This document shows positions 60,084 to 64,000 of a stretch of DNA of 64,000 nucleotides, in pieces; position 1 is the stretch's first letter; the number at the start of each line of letters is the position of its first letter. The notes under the pieces were generated by a model, which was not told the origin of the DNA, made no database searches, and saw only the letters and a list, made by a program, of their open reading frames with translations. Position numbers and translations under genes: made by a program. The stretch is from an uncultured delta proteobacterium (lineage in GTDB: Bacteria > Desulfobacterota > Zymogenia > Zymogenales > Zymogenaceae), in NCBI GenBank assembly GCA_963735595.1, contig CAVTLK010000001.1, forward strand, positions 480,001-544,000. Reading direction: 5' to 3'.

Positions 60084-60941
60084 TTATTTCTTTCTAATCT
60101 TTATTATCTCCTTATAGACGACGCTCGAAGGAACGCCGAGACGCCCCGAAACGAGCGCGGCGAGTTCCTTTGCCCGCTTATCAGGGTTGTCTGCGATAGC
60201 CGCCGTCACCTCCCCCTTTATCGTATCGTTATCGACGGACGTAATCGTTTCATCCCTGCCTGCCAGCACGATCACCATCTCTCCCGGTAACCGGCTTCTC
60301 TTCCCGATGACATCTAGTATATCCGATATCCTGCCCCGGATAACCTCCTCGTGCATCTTGGTCATTTCCCGACAGAGGGCCGCCCTCCGGTCGCCCACCC
60401 GGTCGAGGAGTTCGGCGAGAGTCCGGCCGACACGAAGAGGAGATTCGAAGATGACGGCCGTCTTGGTCTCTGCTGTAAGTTCTGAAAACACCGCCTGTCG
60501 CTTCTTGCCTTTCCGTGGCAAAAAACCGAAAAAGGCGAAACGATCCGTGGCAAGACCGCTGATCGACAGCGCCGCGATAGCCGACGACGGGCCCGGTATC
60601 GTGATAACGTCGATACCTTCGTCTATGCAACCTGCTATCAGGTATTGTCCCGGATCCGATACCCCGGGCGTTCCCGCGTCGGTAACCACCGCAACATCCT
60701 TCCCCTGATGCAGCGCCTCGATGATATCGCGGCCGGACCGCTGTCGGTTATGTTCCCGATAGCTGATCAGTTGCCCGGAGATGCCATGGGCGCTCATAAG
60801 GCGTTTTGTAATCCGGGTATCTTCTCCGGCGATGACGTCAACCGCCCTGAGCGTTTCGATTGCCCTCAGGGTGATATCCTTGAGGTTCCCGATCGGGGTG
60901 GAGACGACAAACAATGTCCCCACTTTTTTGCTTTTTTCCAT
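60084..60941 (-). CDS. rsmI: 16S rRNA C1402 2'-O-methyltransferase
   Basis: STPIGNLKDIT.RA, EDTR, DAGTPGVSDPG, REMTKMHEE. Confidence 0.95.
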   Translation of the reverse strand: MEKSKKVGTLFVVSTPIGNLKDITLRAIETLRAVDVIAGEDTRITKRLMSAHGISGQLISYREHNRQRSGRDIIEALHQGKDVAVVTDAGTPGVSDPGQYLIAGCIDEGIDVITIPGPSSAIAALSISGLATDRFAFFGFLPRKGKKRQAVFSELTAETKTAVIFESPLRVGRTLAELLDRVGDRRAALCREMTKMHEEVIRGRISDILDVIGKRSRLPGEMVIVLAGRDETITSVDNDTIKGEVTAAIADNPDKRAKELAALVSGRLGVPSSVVYKEIIKIRKK

Positions 60942-61001
60942 AATTTTTGCTTGATTATTTCATCTATCTTGATATAATACGTAGGTTTTTGGAGGTAAGC
61001 T

Positions 61002-61190
61002 ATGAGTCGAGTATGTGATATCTGCGGTAAGGGTCCCATCGTGGGTTGTAATGTGAGCCACGCCCATAACGTCTCGAAACGGAAATGGTACCCAAACCTT
61101 CATACTATGCGCACCCTCGTCGGCAGCAGGACACTTCGCGTCAAGATATGCACCCGATGCCTTCGTTCCGGTAAGGTGACCAAGGCCTGA
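61002..61190 (+). CDS. rpmB: 50S ribosomal protein L28 (Zn-binding C+ form)
   Basis: [24 protein letters not shown]; promoter TTGATT-16nt-TATAAT at 60951-60978. Confidence 0.96.
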   Translation: MSRVCDICGKGPIVGCNVSHAHNVSKRKWYPNLHTMRTLVGSRTLRVKICTRCLRSGKVTKA

Positions 61191-61464
61191 TTTCCCCGGT
61201 CGGACGAAGCCCGATTCTGTCCCGTTATGGGGTCCCGGCCAAACGATCACCGTAGAGTGGCCGGAAGATCGATCATTCGGAAAGACATATAGAGGGTACG
61301 CATATACAATAGATACGACGACCTGGTAGCTCTGGTATTCTATAGATTCCTTCGGGCGGCCGTCTGTGCCGCTCATGTGTTTCTTTTATCAATCGGTTCC
61401 CCGTGCGCCGGGACCTTAACTCCTCCCGCGGCCGATACCCGGCAAATCGTCCGGCTATTGGTCG

Positions 61465-63615
61465 TCACGTGACCCGGTGAACGCTGATCACGTCCCGCTC
61501 CTTTTCGACCGCCCGAATAACCCGTTTTAGATGTTCGAGATTCTTTATCTGGAGCTCGAATTCACACCGTGCCTTGTTGTCTTCCATAGTCTTGAGCGCG
61601 CCTTCGGAGATATTTGCCTCCGAATTTGCGATGGCCTGCGCGATGGACGCGAGCATACCCTTTTTATTTTCGCAGATCACCTCGATCTTCGCATTATAGA
61701 CCTGCTCATAGCTGGCGTCCCACTGCACATCCACGAGCCGCTCGGTTGAAAGCTCAATCACGTTCGGGCAGTCCGCCGTATGGATGGTCACTCCCCTGCC
61801 CCGTGTAATGAACCCGACGATCTTATCACCCGGCACCGGATTGCAGCATTTGGCGAATTTCGTCATGATATCATTAACGCCCTTTATAAGCACACCGCCG
61901 GGCATCCCCTCCTTCTTGAGACGCTTCTTCTTGGCGGCCTCTTCAACGGGTTGTGGCTCGGTTTCCTTGATCTCCTCCTTCGGAACGAAGTGCTCGATAA
62001 CCTGTTGAGGCGATATCCGCGTATTGGCGACCTTTGAGAGGAGGTCTTCGAAATCCTTCGCCTTAAGGGATTCAATCGCAGACTTCATTGTCTGGGAATG
62101 CATGTGCTTCTGAAAGCTCAGTCCGAACTTCCTGAATTCCTTGTCGAGTATCTCTTTCCCGAAGGTTACGCTGCGTTCTTTCTGTTCGTTGATAAGCCAA
62201 TGCTTGATCTTCTGTTTCGCCTTGGAGGTGACGACCATCCGAAGCCAGTCCTTACTCGGCTTCTGTTTGCTGCCGGTGAGGATCTCGACAACGTCCCCGT
62301 TGACTAGCTGGTAGCGGATCGGCACGAGCTTCCCGTTGACCTTGGCGCCGACACATCGGTTGCCGACGTCGGTATGAATGCCGTAGGCAAAATCTATGGG
62401 TGTTGCTCCTTTCGGAAACGCCCTGACCTCCCCTTTGGGAGTGAAGACGTAGACCTCCTCGGGGAAGAGATCGACCTTTACGGTTCTGAGAAACTCGGAG
62501 GGATCCTTGAGGTCTTGCTGCCATTCGATGAGCCGCTGGAGCCAGTCGTAGCTCTTGGCGTCCTGTTTCTTGATGCCGTCTTTCCCTTCCTTATACCTCC
62601 AGTGGGCCGCAATCCCCTTCTGAGCAATCTTGTGCATTTGTTCGGTTCTTATCTGCACTTCGATACGCTCGCCGTAGGGGCCGATTACCGTTGTATGAAG
62701 GCTCTGATACATATTGGGTTTGGGCATCGCTATATAGTCTTTGAAGCGGCCGGGTACCGGCTTCCAGAGTGAATGTATGATCCCGAGCGTTCCGTAGCAG
62801 TCTTTGAGGGATTCGACGACGATACGGAAGGCGATCTTGTCGTAGACCTCCTCAAACCCGATCTCCTGAGCGCGCATCTTGGAGTAGATTCCGTACAAGT
62901 GCTTTACCCGGCTCTGAAGCTGGGCCTCGATCTTGTTCTTCTTGAGTTCCTGCTCGATGATAGAGAGTACTCCCTTGGAGTACTTATCGATCTCTTTCCG
63001 CTTGGATTCGAGCCTGTCGGATATTTCCTGGTAGGTCTCCGGCTTCAGCGTTTTAAAGGCGAGGTCTTCAAGCTCGGTCTTGATCCATCCAATTCCCAAG
63101 CGGTTTGCGAGAGGGGCGTAGATATCCATCGTCTCCTGGGCGATCGCCTCCCTCCGTTCCGCGGGCAGGTATTGAATCGTCCGCATGTTATGGAGCCTAT
63201 CGGAGAGCTTGATGAGGAGAACCCGAATATCCTTGGCCATGGCGATGATCATCTTTCGGAAGTTCTCCGCCTGCCGCTCCTCGGTATTGGAAAAACTCAT
63301 GCGGGATATCTTGGTGACGCCCTCGACGAGATAACTGATCTCCGACCCGAAGATCTCCTCGATCTCCTTGGATGTGGTCAGCGTATCCTCCACGGTGTCG
63401 TGCAGGAGCCCGGTCGCCACGCTCGGGACGTCCATCGTCAGCTCGCCCAGGATATAGGCGACTTCGAGTGGGTGGGTTAGGTACGGCTCTCCCGAGAGAC
63501 GGGTTTGCCCCTGGTGTACCTTCGCGGAAAATACGTACGCCTTCGATATCACCTCGACTTCAGCGTCGGGGAGATATGACTGCACCTTATCGGTTATATC
63601 ATTGAGACGGATCAT
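61465..63615 (-). CDS. relA: Bifunctional (p)ppGpp synthetase/hydrolase Rel
   Basis: HD motif LLHDTVED, RFKDYI, YQSLHT, EVQIRT, TGS and ACT domains. Confidence 0.96.
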   Translation of the reverse strand: MIRLNDITDKVQSYLPDAEVEVISKAYVFSAKVHQGQTRLSGEPYLTHPLEVAYILGELTMDVPSVATGLLHDTVEDTLTTSKEIEEIFGSEISYLVEGVTKISRMSFSNTEERQAENFRKMIIAMAKDIRVLLIKLSDRLHNMRTIQYLPAERREAIAQETMDIYAPLANRLGIGWIKTELEDLAFKTLKPETYQEISDRLESKRKEIDKYSKGVLSIIEQELKKNKIEAQLQSRVKHLYGIYSKMRAQEIGFEEVYDKIAFRIVVESLKDCYGTLGIIHSLWKPVPGRFKDYIAMPKPNMYQSLHTTVIGPYGERIEVQIRTEQMHKIAQKGIAAHWRYKEGKDGIKKQDAKSYDWLQRLIEWQQDLKDPSEFLRTVKVDLFPEEVYVFTPKGEVRAFPKGATPIDFAYGIHTDVGNRCVGAKVNGKLVPIRYQLVNGDVVEILTGSKQKPSKDWLRMVVTSKAKQKIKHWLINEQKERSVTFGKEILDKEFRKFGLSFQKHMHSQTMKSAIESLKAKDFEDLLSKVANTRISPQQVIEHFVPKEEIKETEPQPVEEAAKKKRLKKEGMPGGVLIKGVNDIMTKFAKCCNPVPGDKIVGFITRGRGVTIHTADCPNVIELSTERLVDVQWDASYEQVYNAKIEVICENKKGMLASIAQAIANSEANISEGALKTMEDNKARCEFELQIKNLEHLKRVIRAVEKERDVISVHRVT

Positions 63616-63626
63616 CGTATATACGC

Positions 63627-64000
63627 CTACTTCGGTTGTGTAGTCGTCATTGCGTCTATCTCGGAAATTAGGGCGTCAACAATCTCTGCCTCGGCCAGTT
63701 TCCTGATTATCTTTCCCTTCTTGAAAAGAAGTCCATATTTCTTGCCCCCGCAAATTCCGATGTCGGCCTCGCGCGCCTCTCCCGGTCCGTTCACCTCGCA
63801 CCCCATCACCGCCACCGTAATCGGCAGGTCGTATCCGACTAGCCGCGCCTCCACCTCCTCGGCGATCGATACGATATCCATAGAAGTTCTGCCGCAGGTA
63901 GGGCATACGATGACATCCACCCCTCTCTTGCCCAGTCCGAGGGACGAAAGGATTGTATTGGCGCACAGCACCTCCGAGAGGGGGTCGCCGGCCAAGCTCA
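63627..64000 (-). CDS. ispG: HMBPP synthase, 3' part (runs off window end)
   Basis: CPTCGRT, VAVMGCEVNGPGEAREADIG. Confidence 0.95.
   Translation of the reverse strand, partial: SLAGDPLSEVLCANTILSSLGLGKRGVDVIVCPTCGRTSMDIVSIAEEVEARLVGYDLPITVAVMGCEVNGPGEAREADIGICGGKKYGLLFKKGKIIRKLAEAEIVDALISEIDAMTTTQPK

Noticed and set aside
61191..61464. ncRNA or small gene between rpmB and rel
   Set aside because: Only a modest hairpin (CCGGCCA/TGGCCGG); no recognisable ORF or RNA motif.

Overview
Mostly core-genome window from a diderm bacterium. The gene order (rpoN-hpf-ptsN-hprK-rapZ-Man-type PTS-ptsH-ptsI; yqeY-mutS2-dnaG-rpoD-tRNA-nif3-rnhA-rnpB; rsmI/rpmB/rel/ispG; lptFG) is typical of Desulfobacterota or related deltaproteobacteria (inference). 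Many genes, including essential ones (dnaG, rpoD, ligA, lptFG), are broken by 1-bp indels, which I interpret as sequencing/assembly errors rather than pseudogenes. Two RNA genes are present: tRNA(CAT), probably Ile2, and RNase P RNA. I saw no transposase, integrase, prophage or CRISPR array. A more accessory-looking stretch (about 22.7-45.5 kb) holds the most unusual content: a MurT/GatD peptidoglycan-amidation pair, normally associated with monoderms; a ~1000-aa membrane-anchored divergent GH57-like protein with an FN3 domain directly behind rnpB; a Gly-rich tail-anchored protein with a CGCC motif; and two acyltransferases with non-canonical catalytic motifs. Further along are a stand-alone RsbRD_N-like protein with a MinD-like amphipathic tail and a probably leaderless ligA. 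All calls come from motif recognition only; no database search was run.
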